From NCBI GenBank assembly GCA_963668675.2, contig CAXXMB010000001.1:1280001-1344000 (forward strand): a stretch of 64,000 nt of DNA, written 5' to 3'. Under the pieces are notes generated by a model. It searched no databases and was not told the origin of the DNA. It was given only the letters and a program-made list of their open reading frames with translations. The stretch comes from an uncultured Desulfatitalea sp. (lineage in GTDB: Bacteria; Desulfobacterota; Desulfobacteria; Desulfobacterales; Desulfosarcinaceae). The translations under genes were made by a program, and so were the position numbers. The stretch's first letter is position 1. Each line of letters opens with the position of its first letter. Shown here one piece after another: positions 1-10,257 of the stretch.

Positions 1-209
1 TCTATACCAACCTTCGTCGTAAGGGTAATCTGTCCGGCGCGTAGCCCCGCTCCCTGGCGCGCACTATCTTCCCTCCCGCGGATTGATCCTTAAAAAAGCG
101 CTTGTTCGATCTCTTTGTTCGATGTTAGATTGGTTTTATCGGCATCAAAAATGGATGGTCCCATAAAAACGATCCGATGGTGGATACACGCCATAGAAAG
201 GACCGTTCG

Positions 210-815
210 ATGAAAATCAAATCCCTTATGGTGTCTAAGCCTATCACCGTTACAACAAGGAAAACAATTCCCCAAGCCTTGGAGTTGATGAAGCTCAACG
301 CCATAAGACATCTGCCTGTTGTGGACAGCAAAAAAAACCTGAAGGGGCTGCTCACCCTTGCTGACCTGAAACAGGCGCTGATCCCATCCATGTTGGCGGA
401 ATTCACTTTGTCCGACATGATGATCAAAAATCCCATTACGATATCCCCCGATAGCGATGTAGAAATTGCTGCCCAGCTAATATACAAACATAAAATCGGT
501 GGGTTACCTGTTACTAGAGGTCAAAAACTGGTCGGTATCATTACCGACTCAGACCTGTTGCGCGCCTTCATCGATATGATGGGCATACTGTCCAGCAGCA
601 CTCGGATTGACATCACGACCGGCGAAGGGCCGGGTGGATTGAACAAAGCGATTCAAATCATTCATGGTTTGGGGGGCGACATCATCAATGTCGGTATGAC
701 TGCCGAACAGACGACAAAGCGCACCTACTACTTCAGATTGGCACCATGCGACACCCTTCCGATCAAAAAGGCGATGGAGGAAGGAGGCTTCACCGTTCAA
801 ACGGTAATGGAATGA
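210..815 (+). CDS. CBS-pair plus ACT domain protein (AcuB-like)
   Basis: Two CBS repeats (IRHLPVVD, IGGLPV...VGIITDSD) and a C-terminal ACT-like domain (GGDIINV). AAAGGA RBS before ATG 210. Confidence 0.85.
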   Translation: MKIKSLMVSKPITVTTRKTIPQALELMKLNAIRHLPVVDSKKNLKGLLTLADLKQALIPSMLAEFTLSDMMIKNPITISPDSDVEIAAQLIYKHKIGGLPVTRGQKLVGIITDSDLLRAFIDMMGILSSSTRIDITTGEGPGGLNKAIQIIHGLGGDIINVGMTAEQTTKRTYYFRLAPCDTLPIKKAMEEGGFTVQTVME

Positions 816-1050
816 GCAAATCGCCTCTCATATCCAATGTAAAAATGAGTGTCTCCCCCTTTCCGGCAGAATGCTCAAAACGCATCATCTTGTTGAGATC
901 AATATAAATATGTTCACCACACAAATCACGAGCCACGCTTGACAATTCACACCATTTAGGGATAATTTCAAAAGTTAAAGCGCGATGCGCTCGTACCTTG
1001 CCGGCCAGTAACGCCTTGATTCCTAAACATGCTCGATTTATAGCGGCAAT

Positions 1051-2013
1051 TTGATGGTGGATGTATTGATTTCTAGACGTTGGCTTTTCGCGCACTTACT
1101 ATGCACCGGCATCGTTCTGTTCGCAGGGATCATTCCCTCTTTCGCAGCATCGCTCATAGATATCCGCATCGGCGAATATGATAAATTTACCAGAATCGTA
1201 TTTGAATCAGACGCCGAACTTGCAGCCGAAGAGATCCTCTCTTCAGACCCTGGACAACTAACCGTCGTTTTCTCCGGCACCAAGCCTGCCTTCATGCGCA
1301 AAATACCTATCGATCGAAGCCCCTTCATCGATCGACTGGAGGTGAGATTCCGCAAAGACCGGCTATCGATCACTCTCTATTTCAGCAGCCGTCATGCGCG
1401 CTTTGACACTTTCGGACTCAAAGATCCGCCACGTGTGGTCCTGGATGTATTCTGGCAACCACCAGCCGGCAAATTGGTGTCAGAGAGTTTTCGTAACGAA
1501 CCGGCGGTCATCGCGGACAACAGGGATCACGAAGATAGAGGCGCCTCACGCGCATCCCAATCAACAACCGCCATTGCGCCTGGAATGTATGACCAATCGC
1601 AGCCCACCCCGCGCATCGACGGAACACAACTTTCATCGCGGGACGAGGAAGTTGTATCGGTCGAAAAGCAACAGGGGGTTGCCGATCGCCAGGAACAGAC
1701 GCGCAAAAAAACAGAGACTCGGCAACCGACGCCCCGCAACGCGTTGACCCCCACTCCATCACTTGCAGTCGGCACCCCTGATGGCAATGGCACTGTTAAT
1801 TCAGGTTGGCTTCAGTACTATCTTGTCCTTGGTCTGGTCGTCATCACCATTGGCATTCTTCTGCTGCTCGTATTCATGTTGGTGTTTAGACACCATTGGG
1901 GAGACGGAAAAAAATCCCTTAAAACAAATGAATACTTACAGTACCAGGACAAACGCATCGCCTCGATCAATGCACGCGTCCAGGAGCAAATTAAGCGTTA
2001 CGATGAGGTTTGA
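1051..2013 (+). CDS. AMIN-like domain membrane protein
   Basis: N-terminal hydrophobic signal, AMIN-like segment (IRIGEYDKFTRIVFE...DPPRVVLD), low-complexity linker and C-terminal TM helix. Start uncertain. Confidence 0.65.
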   Translation: MMVDVLISRRWLFAHLLCTGIVLFAGIIPSFAASLIDIRIGEYDKFTRIVFESDAELAAEEILSSDPGQLTVVFSGTKPAFMRKIPIDRSPFIDRLEVRFRKDRLSITLYFSSRHARFDTFGLKDPPRVVLDVFWQPPAGKLVSESFRNEPAVIADNRDHEDRGASRASQSTTAIAPGMYDQSQPTPRIDGTQLSSRDEEVVSVEKQQGVADRQEQTRKKTETRQPTPRNALTPTPSLAVGTPDGNGTVNSGWLQYYLVLGLVVITIGILLLLVFMLVFRHHWGDGKKSLKTNEYLQYQDKRIASINARVQEQIKRYDEV

Positions 2014-2019
2014 TAAGGG

Positions 2020-2322
2020 ATGGGAGAACAGCGTTTCGCATTAAACATGGGGCTCTCCGAAGAGGAGCGGCGCGATCTGGAAAAAATGATCGGCGAATTC
2101 CAGCAGGCGCGGCCCCATGCAGAGATGGACATCGATTCTCTTCAGAATCAGATAGAAGAGATGAACAAAAGGATGGCCTATCTGACCAATATGTTCCTGA
2201 CCATCGATCGCCGAATGAAGCCACTGTACGAGATCATACGATTGACATTTGAAAAAAGTGAAATTCTAAACCAACGGATCAATGCTATCATAGACGCCAT
2301 ACGAACCGGAGAGCCGCTGTGA
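2020..2322 (+). CDS. Hypothetical coiled-coil protein
   Basis: 100-aa helical ORF in tight operon spacing; its stop overlaps the next start (GTGA). Confidence 0.65.
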   Translation: MGEQRFALNMGLSEEERRDLEKMIGEFQQARPHAEMDIDSLQNQIEEMNKRMAYLTNMFLTIDRRMKPLYEIIRLTFEKSEILNQRINAIIDAIRTGEPL

Positions 2323-3509
2323 CCATGAAAACGCCTCATACTCTTCCCACGGACCACCAGTTCAGTATCATGCAACGAATACTCGATGGCACCCTCGCCA
2401 TCGAATCGCCCGAAGAATTCGATGACATATTGAAAATTTATACGGACGATCCGTTCCTGCATCGGAAGTACGCTGACCTTTTAAATGACCTTAACCGGCC
2501 GGGGGATGCGATCGATATGTATGAAAAGGCCGCATCGCTTTTCATCGAACGCGGCATGAACCTTCAGGCCATCGTGGCAAAAATACTGCAATGGAGCATC
2601 CAAAAACCCACGCACGAACAAGGACGCGCATTCCATTCGTTGCTGAGCCGCACGGGAGGCAACGAGACACCGCTGCAGCGCTTTTGGGCAGGGATGAGCT
2701 ATGCGGAACTCATCGCCGTAATGAGAAGGATGGTACGGGTAAAGGAGCACACCGGCAAGCGAATCATTCAGATCGATCAGGTCGATGATGATGTCTATTT
2801 TGTTGTGTCCGGTTTCCTGGCCGAGATGCCATCGCCGGAGTGTGAGGCCGAAGCACGTATAACTGGCATCGAAATCGAACCCAAACTGTTGGGCCCGAAT
2901 GATATCTTCGGCACTATTTTCCCCTTGGATCGCCAGTGCACCGCAGAGACGGAGATCCGGTCAGCCTCAGATGTCGAGCTTGTCAAAATCACCAAACAAG
3001 TACTTCGCAATGCTTGCAGCAAATACCCCAACATCGAGAGTCTACTGCAAACCCTGCACAAATCCGACACCCGGACCATGTGTGACAGGGCCTGGCAGAC
3101 GGTGCGGCGGGCAATGCGATATGGCCTGCCGACCAAGGTAGAAATCAACTGTCCGGCGCTCTCCTCCGATCAAAAGGAGGTCGATCTCACAGGAATCGCC
3201 TTAGATATTTCGATTGGCGGCATAAGTGTCGATCTGGAAGAACAAGGTCCTGCAGGACCAAAACTGGATTTAAAGGGACGACTGGCTCAAATCAAACTCG
3301 ATCTACTCAACAAGGTGGCCGTACTGAACCTCTCCGGCAAAATTGTCTGGCAACGCCAGCAGCGTAAGCCCAACGGGGCGTCTCACCTGATCGGAATACG
3401 GTTTGACACCTTGAATACAATGGATCAACAGATGTTGCTGGAGTATTGCTCGGGCAGTGTAGGTGAACAGAACTTATTGTGGAGTCTATGGGACACGATG
3501 GTCAAATAG
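2319..3509 (+). CDS. cNMP-binding-fold plus PilZ domain protein
   Basis: cNMP fold (VYFVVSG...GPNDIFG). PilZ motifs RxxxR (RRAMR) and DxSxxG (DISIGG). Helical TPR-like N-terminus. Confidence 0.8.
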   Translation: MTMKTPHTLPTDHQFSIMQRILDGTLAIESPEEFDDILKIYTDDPFLHRKYADLLNDLNRPGDAIDMYEKAASLFIERGMNLQAIVAKILQWSIQKPTHEQGRAFHSLLSRTGGNETPLQRFWAGMSYAELIAVMRRMVRVKEHTGKRIIQIDQVDDDVYFVVSGFLAEMPSPECEAEARITGIEIEPKLLGPNDIFGTIFPLDRQCTAETEIRSASDVELVKITKQVLRNACSKYPNIESLLQTLHKSDTRTMCDRAWQTVRRAMRYGLPTKVEINCPALSSDQKEVDLTGIALDISIGGISVDLEEQGPAGPKLDLKGRLAQIKLDLLNKVAVLNLSGKIVWQRQQRKPNGASHLIGIRFDTLNTMDQQMLLEYCSGSVGEQNLLWSLWDTMVK

Positions 3510-3542
3510 GTCATAGCCCCTCTATCTGACGGAAGGATTCAC

Positions 3543-4481
3543 GTGATTTCTCAAGTGCAGCAGAAAACGACTCGTAAGCCCACGATATGGGCCATCGGCG
3601 GTGGTAAAGGTGGCGTCGGCAAAAGTGTAGTCAGTGTACTATTGGCTATGGCCCTGGCCAATCGTCAGCAGAAAACCGTGTTGGTGGATACGGACCTGGG
3701 AGGTGCAAACCTCCACACGTTGCTAGGGATTAAAACGCCCGTACGAACGCTAAATGATTTCGTCACCCGAAAATACAATAAGATAGAAGATATCTGCATA
3801 CAAAGCCAAGTGAGGTACCTCGAGCTGGTATGCGGCGCAAGTGAAATTCTCTCTCTTGCCAATCCTCAATATGCCCAAAAAACGAAAATACTACAGAGTG
3901 TCACCAATCTTTCGGCTGACCATGTCATTTTGGATCTGGGCGCCGGCACCTCCTACAATGTCCTTGATTTCTTTTTAATTGCCGACCATCCCATTGTGGT
4001 ACTGACGCCGCAGCCTATTTCAATTCAAAACGCCTATGCCTTCGTTCGCAATACAGTTTATCGCAAGCTCAGCAGGGTGACCCATCAAAAAGCGTCCCTG
4101 CAGGAAATCATAAAAACGGCCATGGATCCAAAAAATAAAGACCAGATGAGAACCTTTCGGGATCTGCAGCAGGCGGTTCGCAAATCTCACGGCGCAAAGA
4201 TTGCTAGTCAGCTATCCAGCGCCATCAGTACTATCAGGCCACTTTTGATTACCAATATGGCGAAGGACCAACGGGACAACAATGCAGGCAAAATCATAAA
4301 ACTGGTGGCAGAAAAATACCTGACCGTCGAATCCACCGAACTGGGCAGTATCGATTACGATATGCTCATCGACAAGATGATATCCCAGATGATGCCTCTG
4401 TCCGAACTGCCTTCAACCAGCAAGGCGATGGCCGACGCCGATGCGATCATCAGCACGTTGACAAATCAACCACAGCAGTAA
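3543..4481 (+). CDS. FlhG/FleN/MinD-family P-loop ATPase
   Basis: Deviant Walker A GGKGGVGKS, VDTDLGGANLH, LDLGAG. Confidence 0.85.
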   Translation: MISQVQQKTTRKPTIWAIGGGKGGVGKSVVSVLLAMALANRQQKTVLVDTDLGGANLHTLLGIKTPVRTLNDFVTRKYNKIEDICIQSQVRYLELVCGASEILSLANPQYAQKTKILQSVTNLSADHVILDLGAGTSYNVLDFFLIADHPIVVLTPQPISIQNAYAFVRNTVYRKLSRVTHQKASLQEIIKTAMDPKNKDQMRTFRDLQQAVRKSHGAKIASQLSSAISTIRPLLITNMAKDQRDNNAGKIIKLVAEKYLTVESTELGSIDYDMLIDKMISQMMPLSELPSTSKAMADADAIISTLTNQPQQ

Positions 4482-4483
4482 GC

Positions 4484-5077
4484 TCAATAGATTTTGTTGA
4501 TCAAAGAGTCCAGAATCTCGCGCTGGTAGTGGGTTATCTTCTCATATTGAACACCGATCCCATCCGGATAAACTTGGGTAACGCGTCCCCTCACCTTAAA
4601 CGGCAGCGGCTCATCGGAGTTCGAAAGTGTAAAACACAAGGCCACCGCCTGCCCCTCTTTAAAACCCACTGCCGTTTCGATAAAAACGCCATTGGCGCTG
4701 ATGTCTCGAATATAGCTTCGGTACGCTTTGCCCTGAGCAGCAAAATCAACCAACAGATAGCATGCCAGGCGAGGATAAGCTCTCACCCAATTGTAGGCAG
4801 GATCTTCCAGCCCCCTCAATCGACTTAAAATAGTATCTTTATCCAGCTGACTGATCAGCACGAAAATTCTGGCCAATACCATCTGCCTTTTAATGGCCTC
4901 ACTTTTTTCTGCGGTTAGGTCGTCGCCTCGGGAATTGGATATGACGGGTGCCGTATCCGGATTCTGATCCAGTGTTTCCAGCAACAGTTGCAACTGTTCA
5001 TCTTTCATCCTGTAGACCGAGACGGCCAGCCGCATGAACAGTGTGTGCTTTTCGATCTGGTTGACTGAATAGGCCAT
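4484..5077 (-). CDS. PilZ domain protein
   Basis: RAYPR and DISANG c-di-GMP motifs; AAGGAG RBS. Confidence 0.85.
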   Translation of the reverse strand: MAYSVNQIEKHTLFMRLAVSVYRMKDEQLQLLLETLDQNPDTAPVISNSRGDDLTAEKSEAIKRQMVLARIFVLISQLDKDTILSRLRGLEDPAYNWVRAYPRLACYLLVDFAAQGKAYRSYIRDISANGVFIETAVGFKEGQAVALCFTLSNSDEPLPFKVRGRVTQVYPDGIGVQYEKITHYQREILDSLINKIY

Positions 5078-5639
5078 GGTGTTGCTCCTTTTTCCCGCGA
5101 ACCGTATATTAAGATAACCAAGTGTAAAGTGAAATTGAGGCTACTGTTATTAGGATTGGCGGCAATGCGGCCGTCACTTCCATCGTATCTTTAAACATCA
5201 AAGCTCAAGGTCCGACGCTCCGATCGATTTGGCATGGAATGCCATTATACAGGAATAATACGGCCGTGAAGGTATGGTGGTTACAATTTTCCTTGCGACA
5301 TCATATTTTTTTCTATATCGCACACTTGCACCTAAAATCAAGTGTGGCATTCCATAAGGCCGAATTATCATGCAAGACCCCTTCAGATCTCTTTTTATTT
5401 GACACAAATGCCTCAATTCTTTATACTTCGTTGAACTAAAAGGGTATTCTGTTCGCTAGATTTAAAACAATGAATGGACACGAGCTGATCGCTACTGTAG
5501 AGTTCCAACTCAATGGTGACGGGGCAGTACGGAATCATGCTGCTTCGGCGGTAAAATAATCGGTCCATTAACGTGGTGAGTGCTCTGGATACCCACGAGT
5601 CGTTAAAAAGGTCAACATATCCCTAAAGGAGGAAGATCA

Positions 5640-6044
5640 TTGTCCTATATACTTGATCAAGAACAGCTGGATGGCATCGAAGAGGTCTTGCAAAAGGACT
5701 TGATGGACCTTGGTCTGAAGTGTGTTATTCTCATCGATATGGCCGGCAACATCATCGCCAACCTTGACAATGGTCAGGTTGGTCACGATGTCTACTCCCT
5801 TGCTGCACTGGCTGCCGGGAACTTTGGAGCGGTCTGCGCCATGGCGGCCATCATCGGCGAAGATGATTTCGCGCTTCTTTTTCACAAAGGCAAAAGCGAG
5901 AACATCCATTTCAGCAAAGTGATGGACGATTTCTTGTTGGTGACCATTTTTGGGAACGACGTCTCGTTGGGCTATTTGCGTCTAAAGGTCGATGAATCGA
6001 TCGGAAAAATCAGTAAAATTTTCGAAACGACCAAGAAGATATAG
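5640..6044 (+). CDS. mglB: Roadblock/LC7 protein, MglB (GAP)
   Basis: ILIDMAGN...SLAALAAGNFGA...LLFHKG...LGYLRL; directly upstream of mglA. AAGGAGG RBS with TTG start. Confidence 0.9.
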   Translation: MSYILDQEQLDGIEEVLQKDLMDLGLKCVILIDMAGNIIANLDNGQVGHDVYSLAALAAGNFGAVCAMAAIIGEDDFALLFHKGKSENIHFSKVMDDFLLVTIFGNDVSLGYLRLKVDESIGKISKIFETTKKI

Positions 6045-6107
6045 ACGCATTTCCTCAATCCGTTTTGGAATTGATTCGGCAGCTAACCCAAAGGCGAGGA
6101 TGCCCGC

Positions 6108-6716
6108 GTGGCGGTTATTAATATTCGCAAAAGTGAAGTTCAGGTCAAGATCGTATACGTGGGGCCGGGTCGCGGGGGTAAAACCACCAACTTAGATTTT
6201 ATCTTTGCCAATATCCGGCATCGGATCCAATCGGATATGGTCAGTATAAAAACACATGGGGACAGAACCTTGTTCTTTGATTTTCTTCCATTTGAGCTGG
6301 GACAGATCCAGGGCTATAAAATCAAGACGCAGCTCTACACGGTGCCGGGGCAGGTCAAATACAACGCCACACGCAAGCTGGTTCTCAAAGGTGTCGATGG
6401 CATCGTGTTTGTTGCCGATTCCATGGAGGTGATGCGAGAGAAGAATATCCTCGCTCTAGAGAATTTAAAGGAGAATCTGGCCTTCTACGACATCGATATA
6501 TATGACAATTTCCCTATTGTTCTACAGTACAACAAGCGTGACCTATCAAGTGAGGGTATCGCCTTGCTCGACTTAGAAACGATGCAAAAAGACTTGAATT
6601 CGGACCTGAATGCCCCCTACTTCGAAGCCAGCGCCCTCAAGGGGCACAATGTGATCCCAACGGTAAAAAAGGCAATTTCTTTAACAATTGTATCTCTCCA
6701 GGATCATTTAGCATAG
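6108..6716 (+). CDS. mglA: MglA-family small Ras-like GTPase
   Basis: G1 GPGRGGKTTN, DRTLFFDF with the intrinsic Arg finger, TVPGQ, NKRD, ASA. Confidence 0.95.
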   Translation: MAVINIRKSEVQVKIVYVGPGRGGKTTNLDFIFANIRHRIQSDMVSIKTHGDRTLFFDFLPFELGQIQGYKIKTQLYTVPGQVKYNATRKLVLKGVDGIVFVADSMEVMREKNILALENLKENLAFYDIDIYDNFPIVLQYNKRDLSSEGIALLDLETMQKDLNSDLNAPYFEASALKGHNVIPTVKKAISLTIVSLQDHLA

Positions 6717-6726
6717 GAGGTCGGTA

Positions 6727-7368
6727 TTGGAGAACAAAAAGAAATCAAAACTGGTGAACGATATCGAGAACAGCTTGGATGATTTTTTTGGGGAGCAAGA
6801 CCAAGAGGCCCCGATGGATACTCCAGATACCACCCAATCCCTGGAAAAGCTCAAGTCTGCCGTGCTCTCCATTGATTGGGAAATTACGGATAAGTGCCTG
6901 GCCGATCTAATTAATGAGACCGATGCTCTTCTTCCGGTTTACCAAAACGAGCAGACGACACATGCCCTGCTGCGCATGCTCCGTGCCTTGGCACGCTATA
7001 TCCAGAAACGCAAAGCGCAGGCCCACCAGGACGCCATAAAGAGAGTGATGTCTGTCTTCGCAAGCATCGAATCCCTGATTGGTGACAGACAAATCGATGA
7101 GGCCAACAAGAAACGGCTTGTTGCCAAAGAGATATTGGCGTTTAAAAAGCTCAAAGAGCAGGTGGAGGTTCAGCGAAAGGTCGTATCTGCACCTGCTGAT
7201 AAGACGAATGAAACCCTCAAGCAGCCCGATGTCTCTTCCCTACTCGATAACCAGGATTTCAAAAAAGCAATGAACGAGGTGGAAGAGCGTCTGAATGCGC
7301 AGGTGAAAGAGCTGAAATCGCAATTGGGCGATTTGCAGAAAGAGCTGGACCTTTTGCGCAAAGGATAA
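6727..7368 (+). CDS. Hypothetical helical/coiled-coil protein in the mglBA operon
   Basis: AGGAGG RBS, starts 10 nt after mglA, contains SIDWEIT motif and a C-terminal coiled coil. Confidence 0.75.
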   Translation: MENKKKSKLVNDIENSLDDFFGEQDQEAPMDTPDTTQSLEKLKSAVLSIDWEITDKCLADLINETDALLPVYQNEQTTHALLRMLRALARYIQKRKAQAHQDAIKRVMSVFASIESLIGDRQIDEANKKRLVAKEILAFKKLKEQVEVQRKVVSAPADKTNETLKQPDVSSLLDNQDFKKAMNEVEERLNAQVKELKSQLGDLQKELDLLRKG

Positions 7369-7431
7369 GGACCAGGCGCTCTCGTAAAGCGAGATGAATG
7401 TGGCCTTTACGGTACATCCAAAAATACATCC

Positions 7432-7475
7432 AAAAAGACGATGGCCGCTTCTGCGTAAGGCGGCCATCGCCTTTT
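7432..7475. terminator. Probable bidirectional intrinsic terminator
   Basis: CGATGGCCGC (7439-7448) pairs with GCGGCCATCG (7460-7469), with A and T runs nearby, between convergent operons. Confidence 0.7.
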
Positions 7476-7540
7476 AGATAAACGTCAGCAGCAATTCATC
7501 GATTCAGGGAAGTGCGGCTCAGGCCATCCATTCCCATGGT

Positions 7541-8590
7541 CTACTCCCGCCCTTTTAAAATCGAATCGAAATCATGGACATCTGTCACGTCAGCCCCTTT
7601 TGCAAAGCGATCCTCTACCAACCCCTCGACGTTTTCATCTTCACTTAATCCGAAATGAACCATCATCTGGGCCAATTTACCCAACTCCTCTTCCCTGGGC
7701 AGGAAGCGGTCGTAAACGATCCGATTTTGCGGTGTGGTCAATGCATACCGGACCAACTCTGCCGGCTGTCCCCAGTATTCAGATGCGATCTGTGCGGCCC
7801 GGGTTGTATTCAATTTTGCCCAAAAACCTGAGCGGGCAGCACCTTCTACAAGCGATTGAACCCGATCCGGATAGTCATCGATATACGATTTTTTAACCAG
7901 CAGTAGATTGCAAATAAATTCGGGCCAGACCTCTTCCACGTAAAAGAGCAGTTCACTTGTACCGGATTTCAATGTCTGGGCGGCAAAGGGCTCGCCGACG
8001 AAATAAGCGTCTAATGCGCCGGAAGCGAGGGCCGAGGCCATATCCGGAGGATTCATCTCCACAATATCGATTTCCTGCTCGATTCCGGCTTCGGCGGCCA
8101 TTTGCAGCAGGGCGATGTTGTGCCCCGAATAGCGCATCGGCACGGCAATCGTTCGTCCGATCAAATCTGTCAGGGATGAGGCCGCCAACTCTTTTCGAAC
8201 AACCAAGGTGCTTTCATGCCGATTGCCGATATAAACAACTCGAACATCCGCACCCTGTTGATGCAAAACGATAGAAAGCGGTGCAATGATAAACGCTGCA
8301 TCTATCTCTCTGTTGCGCAAGGCTTCTGCCATCTCCGCGAAAGAGGCAAACTTGATGGCCTTGAAGCGTATGCCAACATCCGTATTTGAACTGGCAGCAT
8401 CGAGGATTGGCGCTGCTAAATTGGTGATGACAGGCATGTACCCCATCTTCAGCACGGTCCGTTCTTCCCGGTCCGTATTAAGATAGAGGTGTGCAGCGGT
8501 AATCGCCAGCAACCACACCAAGGCAAAAAAACCAACCCGTACAGGGTAGGAGCGCCATGCTTTCCGAATGGATGCATCTCTAAACGGCAT
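7541..8590 (-). CDS. ABC substrate-binding protein (NitT/TauT, SsuA/NrtA-like)
   Basis: N-terminal TM, GYMPV, DAAFIIAP, MNPPDM...GEPF. Confidence 0.85.
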   Translation of the reverse strand: MPFRDASIRKAWRSYPVRVGFFALVWLLAITAAHLYLNTDREERTVLKMGYMPVITNLAAPILDAASSNTDVGIRFKAIKFASFAEMAEALRNREIDAAFIIAPLSIVLHQQGADVRVVYIGNRHESTLVVRKELAASSLTDLIGRTIAVPMRYSGHNIALLQMAAEAGIEQEIDIVEMNPPDMASALASGALDAYFVGEPFAAQTLKSGTSELLFYVEEVWPEFICNLLLVKKSYIDDYPDRVQSLVEGAARSGFWAKLNTTRAAQIASEYWGQPAELVRYALTTPQNRIVYDRFLPREEELGKLAQMMVHFGLSEDENVEGLVEDRFAKGADVTDVHDFDSILKGRE

Positions 8591-9377
8591 ATGGCACCCC
8601 CAACATCAGAAAAATCTCACTTCGCAGACGGCTCAACTCCTGATCTCTCTCAAAATCTCTCGGGCGCGGGAAATCGAGCTTGTGGGTAAGCTTGATAGCC
8701 GATGGTCTCCCGCTGAGAACGACAATTCGATCTCCCATGATCAGGGCATCGTCGATATCGTGGGTGACAACCAGGGTGGTCTTTCGTATAAACTCATGCA
8801 TATTGACCACCTCTTCACGCATTTTCATGTGGGTCAAAAAGTCCAAACCACTGAAGGGTTCGTCCATGATCAAGAGGTTGGGATTAACGGCAATGGCTCT
8901 TGCCAACTCAGCACGCCGCTGCATGCCACCGGACAACTGATGCGGATAGTACTCTTCGAAACCCTCCAATTCCACAATTTCAATGTACTCCTGGATCCGC
9001 TCTTTTTTCTGATGCTCATCTTTCAGATTACGAAGGGAAAGCCCCACGTTCTCGGATACGGTTAACCATGGGAAGAGACCACTGTGCTGAAAAACAAAGA
9101 TCGACTGATCCGAAGGCCCCCTCACCTTCTGACCCGATACGACCACCGAGCCATAGGTAGGTTGTTCGAATCCGGCAATAATGCGCAGCAGAGTGGACTT
9201 GCCGCACCCTGAGGGCCCCAGGATGCAGACCATTTCGCCCTCTTCGAAAGCCATGCTGATATTGTTGAGTACCAGCACGTTGTCACCGGACTGTTCCACA
9301 GGATCATAGATGCTGCGGGGCTTACTACGCCGCCCCATGTATATCTTAGTAAGGTTATCTATTTGAATGTAGCTCAT
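8580..9377 (-). CDS. ABC ATP-binding protein (NitT/TauT)
   Basis: GPSGCGKST, LSGGMQ, MDEPFS, VTHD. Confidence 0.95.
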   Translation of the reverse strand: MSYIQIDNLTKIYMGRRSKPRSIYDPVEQSGDNVLVLNNISMAFEEGEMVCILGPSGCGKSTLLRIIAGFEQPTYGSVVVSGQKVRGPSDQSIFVFQHSGLFPWLTVSENVGLSLRNLKDEHQKKERIQEYIEIVELEGFEEYYPHQLSGGMQRRAELARAIAVNPNLLIMDEPFSGLDFLTHMKMREEVVNMHEFIRKTTLVVTHDIDDALIMGDRIVVLSGRPSAIKLTHKLDFPRPRDFERDQELSRLRSEIFLMLGVPYAV

Positions 9378-9435
9378 GTTGCCGATACCGCTTCCGAATT
9401 TGTTGGATAGAGCACTGCCCCAAAAAAGAGGCCGT

Positions 9436-10257
9436 CTAACGCGCCTTGACCCCCCAGCTTGCCGACTCTATGTTTCCCAATTTACGCATCAATGCATCCA
9501 GAACAATTCCGATCAAGCCGATAACGATCATCCCATCCATCACATAGTCCATGCGCAATGCATTGCGTGCATCAAGGATCAGGTACCCCAATCCCGATTG
9601 AACGGCGATCATCTCCGCCGCCACAACAACAAGCCATGCGATGGTGATGGTCAGACGCAATGCTGTCACAACCTCGGGGATGATGGCGGGCAGAATCAAC
9701 GTAGTGATCATCTCCGAGCGCTTGAACTTGAGGTTGGCAGCGACTTGGAAAAAGGTCGGATTGATATTATTGACGGCGATGGTTGTTGAAACCACCATCG
9801 GGAAAAAACTCGAGAGAAATATAAGGAAAATGGCAGGTGGGTCGCCGATACCGAACCAGAGCATGGCCAGAGGAATCCACGCGAGGGGTGAAATGGGCCT
9901 TAAAAACTGAATAACGGGGTTCAGAAAAGATCTCACCAGCCATATCCTGCCTAGCAAAATGCCGAGCGGCACACCGAGTAAAACAGCCAGGTAAAAGCCG
10001 GCTGTAACACGGAAGAGGCTTGCGACCGTATGACGAACCAGCGTGCCTTCGCTCAGCAGTTGCCACATGCTTACCACTACGGTTAGCAAATCAGGAAAAA
10101 TGTGCGAACTCCATCCGCTGCACCGCGCCAGCACTTCCCACACGATGGCAATCAATACAAAGGCCAACAACCCGAGCCATAACGGCCTTCTGCTTTGCTC
10201 TGACAGGCGTCCCTCAAGCTGTCCCTGTTCGCTGGGTTCGAACTTCATAGGCTTCAT
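9436..10257 (-). CDS. ABC permease (SsuC/TauC-like)
   Basis: SLFRV, RPISPLAWIP, VVAAEM...GLGYLI. Confidence 0.93.
   Translation of the reverse strand: MKPMKFEPSEQGQLEGRLSEQSRRPLWLGLLAFVLIAIVWEVLARCSGWSSHIFPDLLTVVVSMWQLLSEGTLVRHTVASLFRVTAGFYLAVLLGVPLGILLGRIWLVRSFLNPVIQFLRPISPLAWIPLAMLWFGIGDPPAIFLIFLSSFFPMVVSTTIAVNNINPTFFQVAANLKFKRSEMITTLILPAIIPEVVTALRLTITIAWLVVVAAEMIAVQSGLGYLILDARNALRMDYVMDGMIVIGLIGIVLDALMRKLGNIESASWGVKAR

Noticed and set aside
1..90. GC-rich stretch that might be the end of an ncRNA
   Set aside because: No RNase P, 6S, SRP or tmRNA signature recognised; truncated by the window edge.
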